This document shows positions 1 through 12,384 of a stretch of DNA of 64,000 bases, piece by piece. This stretch comes from Janthinobacterium lividum. Lineage in GTDB: Bacteria > Pseudomonadota > Alphaproteobacteria > Sphingomonadales > Sphingomonadaceae. The notes under the pieces are model-generated. The model was not told the DNA's origin and did not search any database. It saw only the letters and a program-made list of their open reading frames with translations. Positions within the stretch are counted from its first letter, which is position 1; each line of letters opens with the position of its first letter. The translations under genes and the position numbers were made by a program. The stretch is from contig JBPBQW010000110.1 of NCBI GenBank assembly GCA_050955125.1, positions 1,441-65,440 of the forward strand, given 5' to 3'.

Positions 1-21
1 TCGGCATCGCAATCCGCAGCG

Positions 22-183
22 CTATTCGCCGCTCTGGACGAACATGTCGTCGCCGTCGATCTCGTGCTCGGCGGGACGTTGGCCGTCGGCCTGCGGCACG
101 TCGGTGAAGGCGTCGACGAGCGGTTGGTGCTCGGCCACGTCGGGGATGACGGCGGGGCTGGTGCGGGGGTCGTTCGGGCTCAT
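22..183 (-). CDS. hypothetical small acidic protein (53 aa)
   Basis: Below the ORF-track size cutoff, so read manually. ATG at 183-181 has AGGAG about 9 nt upstream, and TAG lies at 24-22. Nearly every third codon position is G/C. No family recognised. Confidence 0.45.
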   Translation of the reverse strand: MSPNDPRTSPAVIPDVAEHQPLVDAFTDVPQADGQRPAEHEIDGDDMFVQSGE

Positions 184-209
184 GAATCTGCTCCTGCGAG
201 GCGGCGGCG

Positions 210-285
210 GGTGGGCCCGGCAGGACTTGAACCCGCAACCTAGCCGTTATGAGCGGCCAGCTCTAACCAGTTGAGCTACAGGCCC
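210..285 (-). tRNA. tRNA with CAU anticodon (elongator Met, or Ile2 if lysidine-modified)
   Basis: The reverse complement folds as a cloverleaf: acceptor GGGCCTG/CGGGCCC, D arm GCTC-AACTGGTTA-GAGC, anticodon loop CTCATAA, T arm GCGGG-TTCAAGT-CCTGC, discriminator A. The G1-C72 pair argues against an initiator. CCA is not fully encoded. Confidence 0.9.
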
Positions 286-312
286 GCACCCGCCCTCCCG
301 CGGGTAGCGCGC

Positions 313-1326
313 TCATCGCGCGGCGGCAATCACATCATCGAGCGCGGCGGCGCGATAGCCCGCCTGGTCGAGCGCGTGCAGAACCGCGTCCCACCACGCC
401 CAGAACCGCGCCAGATCGCCTGCGTCGCGCACATAGGGCGTGTGCCCCGGCACGAGCGAGGGCGAATGGAACGACAGGTTGAGCAGCGCCAGCCCCTCCC
501 CCGCCGCGACACGGATCGCCTCCGTCACGTCGCGCACCGGCATGTCCTCCGGCGTCAGCGCGACGCGCGCGACGAGCCCTGCCCGCGCGAGCAGGCCCCG
601 TGCCCGTGGCAGCCCGCCCGCCAGCGCGTGCCAGCGCCGGCCCCCCTCGCCCCACCGACCGGTGAACACGGTGGTCAGCGGCAGCTCGATCAGCGCCCCT
701 GCGGGACCCATGCGATAGGCCGCCGATCCGAGCCCGCGGAAATCCGGGCCGCCATCGGCGCGATAGTCGTAGCGGGCGCGGACGGAGCTATCGAGCCGGT
801 ACCCGCGCTCCGCCAGCAACGCGGCAGTACTCGGGCCGATGCCGTAGCGGCCGGCACGGTACGCCAGCGGGCGGACATCGAGCGCGCGGACGATGGCGTC
901 GGTGAGCACGTCGATTTTCGCCGCCTCCACCGACCGCGACAGGTTGCCGGGATAGCTGGTCTCGGGACCCGCCGCGTCCTGGAACGGCGGATTGACCCAA
1001 GGGTGGAGCTGCGCGCCGATCGCGGCGCCCCCTGACGCGAGAACGGCGCGCATCGCCGCAATCGCGCGCGTGTCGGTGACGACGGGATGGTCGACCATAT
1101 AGGTGGGCAGGACGCCCAGCGAGCGGAACCGGCGGTGCGCGTCGGGCAAGGCGGCGACCGCGGTGACGCCGCGCGCGTCGCGGCTGGGCGGCGCGGACCA
1201 GTCGAACTCCTCCTCGGTGTCGACAAAGAGCGTGAAGCGGCGGCCGAACGCCTCGGGCCAGCGGACGAGCGCGTCGGGCGCGGGTTCGGGCGGGTGATAC
1301 CCGTCGCGAGGCGCCCTGCCCGCCAC
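313..1326 (-). CDS. polysaccharide deacetylase family protein (WalW-like)
   Basis: 337-aa ORF with an overall deacetylase-like sequence (FTLFVDTEEEFDW, HPW, LNLSFHSPSL). It sits 1 nt downstream of the kinase-like gene on the same strand. Confidence 0.75.
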   Translation of the reverse strand: MAGRAPRDGYHPPEPAPDALVRWPEAFGRRFTLFVDTEEEFDWSAPPSRDARGVTAVAALPDAHRRFRSLGVLPTYMVDHPVVTDTRAIAAMRAVLASGGAAIGAQLHPWVNPPFQDAAGPETSYPGNLSRSVEAAKIDVLTDAIVRALDVRPLAYRAGRYGIGPSTAALLAERGYRLDSSVRARYDYRADGGPDFRGLGSAAYRMGPAGALIELPLTTVFTGRWGEGGRRWHALAGGLPRARGLLARAGLVARVALTPEDMPVRDVTEAIRVAAGEGLALLNLSFHSPSLVPGHTPYVRDAGDLARFWAWWDAVLHALDQAGYRAAALDDVIAAAR

Positions 1327-1327
1327 C

Positions 1328-3121
1328 TCAGCTCGCGTAGATCTGGCCCATCGCCTCGTTTGCAGCCGCGGGCAGGCGAAGAGTCAAGCGGCGCGGCTCG
1401 AAGCCGAGCGCGCCGCCCAGTTCCTGGGCGAGGTTCTGCGCGAGCCGCAGCGCGAAGCCGGCGCCCAGCAGCGGCGCGCCCGGCAGCGCCGCCTCCTGCT
1501 CCGCGTCGATGCTGAGCAACCGGTCGGGCGCGAGGTCGGCGAGCGCGGCCGGGCGATCGGCGACGATCAGCAGCCGCCCGTCACCGTCGCGCATCGCCGC
1601 CACCGCCAGCCGCTCGCCCGGCGCGCAGGCGGAGACCAGTACGCCCAGCAACCGCGCGATCAACCGCTCGACGACGCGATCGTCGACCTCCAGCACCAGC
1701 CCCGGCGCGACCGGCGTCAGCGACACCGCCGCGCCGCGCAGCGCAGCGAGCGGCGCCAAGTCGGCGAGCGCGCGCGAGAGCAGCGGCGCGAGCGGCACGA
1801 GCCCGGGCCGAAGCTCGAGCGCGCCGCCCTCGATCCGCGCCGCGGTGTCGAGATCGTCGATCGCGTCCATCAGGTCGGCCGCATGTGCGCGAATGGCGCC
1901 GGCGCGCGAGCGATAGGCGGACGGCACCGGGCCCAGCATCTCGCGCTCGATCAGCTCGGCGAAGCCGGCGATCGCGTTGGCGGGGGTGCGCAGCTCGTGC
2001 ACCAGCTGGCGCAGCGAGTCCGCCGCCGCCGATCGTGCGACGAACGCGCCCGACACGGCGGTCTCGTCGGGCCGCGGCCGACGCGCGGTGCCGAGATAGC
2101 CGACGAAGCGACCGGACTCGGGATCGAACCTCGGGTCGGCGGCGATCCGCCACGATCCGGCCGCGGCAGAGAGGCCACCGACGACCAGCCGCGCGTCCCG
2201 GAACGGCGCACGCCGACGAAACGCGCCCGCCGCCACGCCATCCACCGCCGACGACGGCCCGGCGCTGCCCGCCAGCGATAGCCCGATCACCGGCGTCCGC
2301 ACGATCCCCTCGACCCAGCGGATCGTGCCGCTCGCGTCAGTCTCGAACGCGAAGCTGTCCGCGCGGCTCGCCGCCTGCGGGATCGGTGGCGCCGCCTCGC
2401 CCGCGGCTTCCCGCTGGCGCTGGAACGCCTCGATCCGCGCGACCAGGTCGGAGATCGGGAAACCGTTGCCGTTCGCCGCGTCGACGGGGGCAGGCGCCGC
2501 CGCATCGGCCGACGCCGCCGCCTCCTCGGTCCGGCGCCGCGCCTCGGCGACGACGGGCAAGCCGAGCGCGATCGTGCCGAGCGGCAGGAAGCTGCCCTGC
2601 CCTACCGGCGGCGTCGCGGGCGCAAGAACAGGCGCGGGTGCGGGCGCCGAGGCGGGCGGCTCGATCGCGGCGACCGGGTCGGCCGAAGCATAGCCCAGTA
2701 CGAAATCGGTCGCCCCGAAGCTGTCCAGTGCGCGGACCACGTCCGCCGGCAGGTCGCGACGGTGGCGCAGCACCGATCGCCCGGCAGGCGACAGCGCCGG
2801 CAACAGCGCGACCCACTCGGGCGTCGACAGCTGCGCGGTCCGCAGGACGGGCGCACCGATCGCCAGATCGTCCTGCGCGAACAATGCCACGAGCTCCGCG
2901 CCCGGCGACGCGAACGCCAGAGCGCGCGCGCTGGCGGCGCGGGTAGCGGCGGGAACGGTGTCGCGGATCGAGCGCAGGCGATCGAGCGCCTCGGGCAGCG
3001 GCGCCGCGCGGCCGCGCCCGATCAGGTCGACGATCTGTCGCCACGCCGACGCGGCGCCAAACGCGCTGTCCGTGTCGGCGGCGAGGACCGTCCGCAAGCT
3101 GTCGTCGAAGCGCACCCGCAA
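1328..3121 (-). CDS. sensor histidine kinase-like protein with a degenerate ATP-binding domain
   Basis: 597-aa ORF. It has a clear H-box (HELRTPANAIAGFAELIE). The C-terminal region retains a G2-like GAGFALRLA, but I see no N-box Asn or DxGxG. Confidence 0.8.
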   Translation of the reverse strand: MRVRFDDSLRTVLAADTDSAFGAASAWRQIVDLIGRGRAAPLPEALDRLRSIRDTVPAATRAASARALAFASPGAELVALFAQDDLAIGAPVLRTAQLSTPEWVALLPALSPAGRSVLRHRRDLPADVVRALDSFGATDFVLGYASADPVAAIEPPASAPAPAPVLAPATPPVGQGSFLPLGTIALGLPVVAEARRRTEEAAASADAAAPAPVDAANGNGFPISDLVARIEAFQRQREAAGEAAPPIPQAASRADSFAFETDASGTIRWVEGIVRTPVIGLSLAGSAGPSSAVDGVAAGAFRRRAPFRDARLVVGGLSAAAGSWRIAADPRFDPESGRFVGYLGTARRPRPDETAVSGAFVARSAAADSLRQLVHELRTPANAIAGFAELIEREMLGPVPSAYRSRAGAIRAHAADLMDAIDDLDTAARIEGGALELRPGLVPLAPLLSRALADLAPLAALRGAAVSLTPVAPGLVLEVDDRVVERLIARLLGVLVSACAPGERLAVAAMRDGDGRLLIVADRPAALADLAPDRLLSIDAEQEAALPGAPLLGAGFALRLAQNLAQELGGALGFEPRRLTLRLPAAANEAMGQIYAS

Positions 3122-3305
3122 CCCCTTGGGACCGTCCGCCGTGGCGGCGCGTCCACCGATTCCCTACCGCCCCGAATCGCCGGGCGGAACCACCCATTTC
3201 GGCACGGTCCAAAGTGGCACAATTGCGTTCGCGCGCCAGCTTTCTATAGCGGCGGCACCGGCCCCGCGATCGCACGGGCCGGAAGCGCCGGGAGGGGCGC
3301 GAACC

Positions 3306-3773
3306 ATGGCTTTCGACCGGATCGACCGGCAGATACTGGCGTTGCTGCAACAGGACGGACGGATGACGAACGTCGATCTGGCCGAACGGGTGGGGCTGAC
3401 CGCGCCGCCGTGCCTGCGCCGCGTGCGCGCGTTGGAGGAGGCGGGCGCGATCCACGGCTATCATGCGGAGCTCGACGCGGCGAAGCTGGGCTTCCCGATC
3501 ACGGTGTTCGCGATGGTCAGCCTGCGCAGCCAGGCGGAGGCGGATCTCGCCGCCTTCGAGGAGCATGTCGCGACCATCGCGGAAGTGCGCGAGTGCCACA
3601 TGCTGAACGGCGAGATCGATTTCATCCTGAAGATCGTCGCGCAGGACCTGCGCGCGTTTCAGGATATCCTCACCACTCACCTGACGCCGGCACCCAACGT
3701 GGTGAGCGTCAAGACGTCGCTGACGATCCGGACCGCCAAGGCGCTGTCGGGAATCCCGGTGGTCGCCGACTAG
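3306..3773 (+). CDS. Lrp/AsnC family transcriptional regulator
   Basis: MAFDRIDRQILALLQQDGRMTNVDLAERVGLTAPPCLRRVRALEEAGAI is a canonical AsnC HTH, followed by a RAM-like C-terminal domain. I chose the internal ATG at 3306 of ORF 2958..3773. Confidence 0.9.
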   Translation: MAFDRIDRQILALLQQDGRMTNVDLAERVGLTAPPCLRRVRALEEAGAIHGYHAELDAAKLGFPITVFAMVSLRSQAEADLAAFEEHVATIAEVRECHMLNGEIDFILKIVAQDLRAFQDILTTHLTPAPNVVSVKTSLTIRTAKALSGIPVVAD

Positions 3774-3784
3774 GCGGACGAATG

Positions 3785-3810
3785 CTCCCGCGACCGGCCG
3801 GTCGCGGGAG
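3785..3810. terminator. bidirectional stem-loop between convergent genes
   Basis: CTCCCGCGACC-GGCC-GGTCGCGGGAG forms a perfect 11-bp GC-rich stem. It lies between the Lrp stop (3773) and the stop of the minus-strand gene (3822). There is no clear U tract. Confidence 0.65.
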
Positions 3811-3821
3811 CCACGGGGCGA

Positions 3822-5114
3822 TCAGGCGGTCGCCGGATGGTCGATCGCGACCAGCCAGAACTGCGCCAGGTCGGTGTTGGGCGAGCCCGTGACCGCGCCG
3901 AACGCGGCCTTCGCGCCCGCCTTGTCGCCCGACATCGCCATCGCGATGCCCAGGTGCATGTTGACGCTGTCCGTCTTCACACCGCCCTTGCTCAACGCGA
4001 GCTGGTAGAGCGCGATCGCCTTGGCGTATTGACCGGTGCCCAGATACGCGTCCGCCGTCTGCGAGGCGAGCGCGCCGGTCGCACTGGTGCGCGCCTTGGC
4101 GTCCAGCGTCGCGATCGGGCCCTCGATCTGGATCGACTTGTTCGCCACCGTCAGGATCGCGGCCGCATCGGGGCTGCCGGCGGGGATCTTGCCCGTCGAC
4201 CGGCCCTCGACGATCACCGCCTTCGCCTCGTCGGGGAGGCCGGCCTTGAACGTCCGGTCGGCATATTGCTCATAGGAATATTGGTCGAGCGACCGGGTCT
4301 GCCGCATCAGGCGGAACAGGTCCACCGTCTGCTCCTTGTCCAGCGTCGCCAGCGACCCCTGCTGCAGGCCATAGATCGTCAGCACGTCGTGCCAGTTCTT
4401 CGCGGTCGGATAGGCCGCGAGCCAGCGGCGCATCCAGTCGATCGCGACCGGCTTGTTCGTCTTGATGTTCTGGCCGACCGCGAAGCGATACAGCTGCTCG
4501 TCCGCCTTATGCCCGCTGGCCTCGGTCGCTTTGATCTGGCTGTCGAGCTCGGCGGTGCCGCCGGCGACGTCCCCGGACTTGAAGCGCGCGCTGATGAGCT
4601 TCAGGTCGAGCTGCGGGTCGCTGTAGCCCATCTGCTTGGCCTGGCCGAGGTAGCGGATCGCGCCGGGGTAGTCGTTCGCGTTGAACGCGATCGCGCCGCG
4701 CTGGTACGCGAACTGCGGCCGCTGCGCCGCAGGCGTCTTGGGGCTGGCGATCAGCACTTCGAGCGGGGCCTTGAGCGGTGCTTCGTCGACGGGCTGGCCG
4801 GCCGGAACCGCCTTCATCTTCGCCGCCTCGATCTGGAGGCGCAGGACGGCGCCGATGTACTTGTCGTCGTCGGTCTTCGCGCCGGCCTCGATCGCGGCGA
4901 CGGCGGGCTCGGCCGCGGCGACGTTGCCGGCCTGGATCGCGGGCTGCGCGATCTGCGCCTGCTTGAGGATGTCCGGGCTGAGCTTGAGCGCGTTGGGATC
5001 GGCGGGCTTCTCGTCCTTCTTGGCGGCGGCGGGCGTCGCGGCGACGCCGCCGATGCCGGCGGCCAGGACGGCGACCATGGCGAGCCGTGGCGCCAGCTTG
5101 GAGAACTGCTTCAT
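3822..5114 (-). CDS. secreted repeat-rich (TPR-like) protein
   Basis: Signal-like N-terminus MKQFSKLAPRLAMVAVLAAGIGGVAATPAAA. The protein is Ala-rich and helical-repeat-like (YAKAIALYQLALSKGG, YPGAIRYLGQAKQMGY). An alternative start lies at 5141. Confidence 0.7.
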   Translation of the reverse strand: MKQFSKLAPRLAMVAVLAAGIGGVAATPAAAKKDEKPADPNALKLSPDILKQAQIAQPAIQAGNVAAAEPAVAAIEAGAKTDDDKYIGAVLRLQIEAAKMKAVPAGQPVDEAPLKAPLEVLIASPKTPAAQRPQFAYQRGAIAFNANDYPGAIRYLGQAKQMGYSDPQLDLKLISARFKSGDVAGGTAELDSQIKATEASGHKADEQLYRFAVGQNIKTNKPVAIDWMRRWLAAYPTAKNWHDVLTIYGLQQGSLATLDKEQTVDLFRLMRQTRSLDQYSYEQYADRTFKAGLPDEAKAVIVEGRSTGKIPAGSPDAAAILTVANKSIQIEGPIATLDAKARTSATGALASQTADAYLGTGQYAKAIALYQLALSKGGVKTDSVNMHLGIAMAMSGDKAGAKAAFGAVTGSPNTDLAQFWLVAIDHPATA

Positions 5115-5247
5115 CGGGATACTCCTCATGCGGCCGCGCACGGGCCTGGCATCGGGTGCGCGCCTAGCCGATCCGGCGATGGCTTCACAAGCCGGAGCGG
5201 CGCTGAACGGTCATTGAACGCGACGACCGGCAAGGCTACCCGGCGGC

Positions 5248-6006
5248 ATGATCGCCGTCCTGTCCCCCGCCAAGACCCTCGATTACGCATCGCCGCTGCC
5301 GGACGTCGAGGCGACGCGCCCGAGGTTCGCGGACGAGGCCGCGACGCTCGCCGCCGCCGCCGGCCGGCTGGGCGCGAAACGGCTGGGGGAGCTGATGGGC
5401 ATCTCCGCGAAGCTCGCGACGCTCAACGTCCAGCGGTTCCGCGGCTTCGCGGATGCCGAGGACCGCCCCGCGCTCTACGCCTTTGCCGGCGACGTCTATC
5501 GCGGGCTCGAGGCCAAATCGCTGGAACCCGAAGCGGTTACGTTCGCGCAGGATCACCTGCGGCTGCTGTCCGGCCTCTATGGCCTGCTGCGCCCGCTCGA
5601 CGCGATCCGCCCCTACCGGCTGGAGATGGGCACCGCCTGGGCACCGCGCCGCAAGAAGCTGACGGACTGGTGGGGCGACCGGATCGCCGATGCGCTCGCC
5701 GACGATCTGGTGGAGGAGGGTTCGGGCGTGGTGTTGAACCTCGCCAGCCAGGAATATTGGGCCCCGCTCGCCGGGCGCCTGGACCCGGCGGTGCGCGTGG
5801 TCGCGGTCGACTTTCGTCAGGCGAGCCCGGACGGCCCGAAGTTCGAGAGCTTCGCCGCCAAGCGCGCGCGGGGCACGATGGCGCGCTGGATGGCCGAGCA
5901 CCGGATCGAGGACGTCGACGCGATGAAGGGCTTTGACGCGGACGGCTACGCTTTTGTCGGCGAGATCGACGGCGACGCGGATCACTGGCGGTTCGTGCGC
6001 GGATGA
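5248..6006 (+). CDS. yaaA: peroxide stress protein YaaA (UPF0246)
   Basis: MIAVLSPAKTLDY is the hallmark N-terminus. The 252-aa length also fits. Confidence 0.9.
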   Translation: MIAVLSPAKTLDYASPLPDVEATRPRFADEAATLAAAAGRLGAKRLGELMGISAKLATLNVQRFRGFADAEDRPALYAFAGDVYRGLEAKSLEPEAVTFAQDHLRLLSGLYGLLRPLDAIRPYRLEMGTAWAPRRKKLTDWWGDRIADALADDLVEEGSGVVLNLASQEYWAPLAGRLDPAVRVVAVDFRQASPDGPKFESFAAKRARGTMARWMAEHRIEDVDAMKGFDADGYAFVGEIDGDADHWRFVRG

Positions 6007-6680
6007 GTTCTTCCGCCATCATCGTCGGCGCGTCGGGCGGGATCGGCGCCGCGCTGGTCGAGGCGCTGGCCGACGAGGACCGCGCGGTCACCGGCCTCGC
6101 ACGGTCGTTCGCGGGCGACGGGCACCTCGATCTGGAGGACGAGGCCAGCATCGCCGCCGCCGCCGCGCGCGCGGGCTCTCCCGATCTGGTGATCGTCGCG
6201 ACCGGGCTGCTGCACGATGGGGAACGCGGGCCGGAAAAGGCGTTGCGCGACCTCGATCCCGCCTGGCTCGCGCGGCAATATGCGGTCAACGCGATCGGGC
6301 CGGCGCTGGTCGCCAAGCATTTCCTGCCCGTCATGCCGCGGACCGGCCGCACCGTCTTCGCGGTCCTGTCGGCCAGAGTGGGCAGCATCTCCGACAACAA
6401 GCTGGGCGGCTGGTACGGCTATCGTGCGAGCAAGGCGGCGCTCAACCAGTTCGTCCGCACGCTTGCGGTCGAGGAACGCCGGCGCAACGATCGCTCGATC
6501 GTCGTCGCGCTGCACCCCGGAACCGTCGACACCGCGCTGTCCAGGCCGTTCCAGTCCGCCGGCCGCGACCTGTTCGACCCGGGTCGCGCCGCGGTGCAGC
6601 TGCTCGACGTGCTCGACGGGTTGCGGGTGCCCGACAGCGGCCGGCTGTTCGGATGGGACGGAACCGAGATCACGCCCTGA
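6003..6680 (+). CDS. SDR family oxidoreductase
   Basis: Contains the VGASGGIGAALV Rossmann motif and YRASKAAL catalytic motif. It shares a 4-nt ATGA overlap with yaaA. Confidence 0.85.
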   Translation: MSSSAIIVGASGGIGAALVEALADEDRAVTGLARSFAGDGHLDLEDEASIAAAAARAGSPDLVIVATGLLHDGERGPEKALRDLDPAWLARQYAVNAIGPALVAKHFLPVMPRTGRTVFAVLSARVGSISDNKLGGWYGYRASKAALNQFVRTLAVEERRRNDRSIVVALHPGTVDTALSRPFQSAGRDLFDPGRAAVQLLDVLDGLRVPDSGRLFGWDGTEITP

Positions 6681-6716
6681 TCCTTTTAGGGGTATTCCGC
6701 TCCGAAAGGTCCCGCC

Positions 6717-6965
6717 ATGCGCCCGATCCTGCCCGCCGCCCTAGCCTTCCTGACGCTCGCCGCACCCGCCGTCGCGCAGATGCGGCAGGACCCAAGGCCA
6801 TCGCCCTCGCCGCGGCCCACCAAGGTGGTGACGCGAAGCGACCGGCTGGTGACCGCACGTACCGGTAACGGCGGCACGATGAGCTACAATTGCAAGAAGC
6901 CCGAGAATGCGAAGCGGCCGGTCTGCCGGGGCACGGCGGCAACACCGCGAGTTCTGCCCAGGTAA
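6717..6965 (+). CDS. small secreted protein, unknown function
   Basis: Signal peptide MRPILPAALAFLTLAAPAVAQ. The protein has 82 aa, two Cys residues and good third-position GC. Confidence 0.5.
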   Translation: MRPILPAALAFLTLAAPAVAQMRQDPRPSPSPRPTKVVTRSDRLVTARTGNGGTMSYNCKKPENAKRPVCRGTAATPRVLPR

Positions 6966-7055
6966 GCTCCCAGCGCACGGGCGCAGGGGTGGCCTTGGCG
7001 GAGCAGGCGGACTAGACCGGAAAGAGCAACTGCCATTCCCGCAAGGCCTTACGAT

Positions 7056-9838
<2,783 letters not shown>

Positions 9839-9842
<4 letters not shown>

Positions 9843-10198
9843 GCGACGCGACCGACACGACCACCGCGTACAAGGTGCTGACCGCCGACGAGATGGCGAC
9901 GCTGGAACGTGACGGCAGCTTCGCTGGCGCGCCGATCGATCTGGCCGACGGGTACATCCACCTGTCGACCGCCGAACAGCTGACCGAGACGGTGGACAAG
10001 CATTTCGCCGGGCAGGACGAGCTGCACGTCGCGGCGGTGGATCTTGGATCGTTCGGGGCGTCGCTGCGCTGGGAACCGTCCCGCGGCGGTCAGCTGTTCC
10101 CGCATCTGTACGGGCCGCTGCTGCTCGAGACGGTGATCGCCTATGGCCCGCTCGGCCGCGACGAGGCGGGGCAGGTCAAACTGCCGGTCACCGGCTGA
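9839..10198 (+). CDS. DUF952 domain protein
   Basis: YKVLTADE...GYIHLST..Q.....HF and FPHLYGPL are DUF952-like. It shares a 4-nt overlap with the gyrA stop. Confidence 0.8.
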
Positions 10199-10231
10199 GG
10201 CTCGGGCCGATACGGCGGAACGACATGGAAA

Positions 10232-10259
10232 AAGGGCGGCGGCTCGCGCCACCGCCCTT
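10232..10259. terminator. bidirectional stem-loop
   Basis: AAGGGCGGCGG-CTCGCG-CCACCGCCCTT forms 10 of 11 pairs. It lies between convergent stops at 10198 and 10284 and is flanked by A and T runs. Confidence 0.65.
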
Positions 10260-10283
10260 CGTCGCGTCGGCCGTGGCCGGGGA

Positions 10284-10835
10284 TCACATCCCCGACATCG
10301 ACCCCGTGCTGTTCAGCATGTCGATGTGGCTCTGCACCACCGGCACGATCTTGCCCGCCGCCGCCATCAGTGCGGGCTTGTCGCCGCCCTGCGCATAGCT
10401 CTGCTGAACCATCAGCGCCGCCTGATGCGCGGTCGCCTGGTCCTGCATGTACACGCCGTCGCGTGCCTTGCCGGTCGCCGAGCGGATGTCGCTCATCATC
10501 TGCTGCTGCGCGGGCATCAGCATGGGCGGGGGAACGGCCACGCCATCCTTGCGCGCGGCGGCCTTGACCATCGCGGTGCTCTTCATGTGGTCGGCGATCA
10601 TCTTGTTGGCGAACGAGCGTACCTTGGCGTTCTTCGTCGACTGGAGCACCAGCTTGCTCGAATCGATCTCGAACTTGTCGCCCGCGCCGGCGTCCTTGAC
10701 GTAATCGGGCGCCATCGTCGGCGCGGTCATCGGGTCACCCGCCATCGGGGCGGCCGGCGCCGTCTGCGCACCGGCGGTGCCGGCCAGACACAGCGCGGTC
10801 GCGGCGGCGACGGCAAAAAGGCTTGTCTTAGTCAT
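10284..10835 (-). CDS. DUF4142 domain periplasmic protein
   Basis: Signal peptide [24 protein letters not shown], then [13 protein letters not shown] and FANKMIADH motifs. GGAGAG lies upstream of the ATG at 10835. Confidence 0.8.
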   Translation of the reverse strand: MTKTSLFAVAAATALCLAGTAGAQTAPAAPMAGDPMTAPTMAPDYVKDAGAGDKFEIDSSKLVLQSTKNAKVRSFANKMIADHMKSTAMVKAAARKDGVAVPPPMLMPAQQQMMSDIRSATGKARDGVYMQDQATAHQAALMVQQSYAQGGDKPALMAAAGKIVPVVQSHIDMLNSTGSMSGM

Positions 10836-10971
10836 CGTTACTCTCCTGCAAACACAGGCGCGCAACGCGCAACGTCCGGGTTGGTCGCATCGGTTGACCC
10901 GTATCAATCAGCTTGCGGGCACGGTCCGCCGCACCCTCGCCTCCGCCGGCGCCATCCGCTACCGGCAGGCG

Positions 10972-12312
10972 ATGACACACGACATCCACATCGTCGGCGG
11001 CGGCCTCGCCGGGTCGGAAGCCGCCTGGCAACTGGCGGAGGCGGGGTGGCGCGTCCGCCTGTCGGAGATGCGGGGCGGCGGCCACGCGACGCCCGCGCAC
11101 CACGGTGACAGCCTGGCCGAGCTCGTCTGTTCCAACAGCCTGCGCTCCGACGACGCGGACTCGAACGCGGTCGGCCTGTTGCATCAGGAGATGCGGACGC
11201 TCGGCTCGCTGATCCTGCGTACCGCGGACGCGACGCGCGTGCCGGCCGGCTCCGCGCTGGCGGTGGATCGTGACGGCTTCTCCGCCGCCGTCACCGCGGC
11301 GCTGGAGGCGCATCCCAAGGTCGAGGTGGTGCGCGAGCGCGTCGACGCGCTGCCCGACGGCCCCGCGATCGTCGCGACCGGGCCGCTGACCGGCGCCGCG
11401 CTGGCGGCGGGTATCGCGGAGGCGACGGGGGCGGAGGCGCTGGCGTTCTTCGACGCGATCGCGCCGATCGTCCACCGCGACTCGATCGACATGGAGACGG
11501 CCTGGTTCCAGTCGCGCTGGAACAAGGGCGACGGATCCGACTACATCAACTGTCCGCTCGACAAGGAGCAATATGCCGCCTTCCATGCCGGGCTGATGGA
11601 CGGGGAGAAGACCGAGTTCCGCGAATGGGAGCGCGACACACCCTATTTCGAGGGCTGCATGCCGATCGAGGTGATGGCGTCGCGCGGGCTCGACACGTTG
11701 CGGTTCGGGCCGATGAAGGGCGTCGGCCTCGACGACCCGCGCACCGGCCGCTGGCCGCACGCGGTGGTGCAGCTGCGGCAGGACAATGCCCAGGGCACGC
11801 TGTGGAACATCGTCGGCTTTCAGACCAAGCTGAAACATGCCGAGCAGGTGCGGCTGTTCCGCACGATACCGGGGCTGGAAAACGCGGAGTTCGCGCGGCT
11901 GGGCGGGCTGCATCGCAACACGTTCATCCGGTCGCCGGTGCTGCTCGACGCGACGCTGCGGCTGAAATCGCGCCCGTCGCTGCGCTTCGCGGGGCAGATC
12001 ACGGGCTGCGAGGGCTATGTCGAGAGTGCCGCCGTCGGCCTGCTCGCGGGGCGGTTCGCGGCGGCGGAGCTGGGCAACCGCACGCTGGCGCCGCCGCCGC
12101 CCGAAACCGCGCTGGGCGCGCTGCTGCGCCACATTACCGGCGGCGCGACGGCGGACAGCTACCAGCCGATGAACGTCAATTTCGGCCTGTTCCCCCCGAT
12201 CGAGGGCCGCGCCAAGAAAGGCGATCGCAAGAAACTGTACACCAGCCGCGGCCGCGAGGCGCTGGCGGGCTGGATGGCGCAGGTCGAGGAGCGGGTGGCG
12301 GAACCGGTCTGA
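10972..12312 (+). CDS. trmFO: methylenetetrahydrofolate--tRNA-(uracil-5-)-methyltransferase TrmFO
   Basis: Contains [18 protein letters not shown] (FAD motif) and SNSLRSDD, and the length is about 446 aa. I chose the internal ATG of ORF 10777..12312. Confidence 0.95.
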   Translation: MTHDIHIVGGGLAGSEAAWQLAEAGWRVRLSEMRGGGHATPAHHGDSLAELVCSNSLRSDDADSNAVGLLHQEMRTLGSLILRTADATRVPAGSALAVDRDGFSAAVTAALEAHPKVEVVRERVDALPDGPAIVATGPLTGAALAAGIAEATGAEALAFFDAIAPIVHRDSIDMETAWFQSRWNKGDGSDYINCPLDKEQYAAFHAGLMDGEKTEFREWERDTPYFEGCMPIEVMASRGLDTLRFGPMKGVGLDDPRTGRWPHAVVQLRQDNAQGTLWNIVGFQTKLKHAEQVRLFRTIPGLENAEFARLGGLHRNTFIRSPVLLDATLRLKSRPSLRFAGQITGCEGYVESAAVGLLAGRFAAAELGNRTLAPPPPETALGALLRHITGGATADSYQPMNVNFGLFPPIEGRAKKGDRKKLYTSRGREALAGWMAQVEERVAEPV

Positions 12313-12384
12313 TTTGGCGTGGCGGCACTGATTGTCGGCCGCGGAAACCAACCCCGCCTACCCTGAGCATGAACGGAGGAGGGG

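Noticed and set aside
10836-10971. Tandem CGTTGCG heptamer and AAC...CGTT combinations upstream of the DUF4142 gene as an ECF/general-stress promoter
   Set aside because: Spacings (12 and 18 nt) do not fit the GGAAC-N16-17-CGTT consensus, and the -35 lacks GGAAC, so this is too weak to report.
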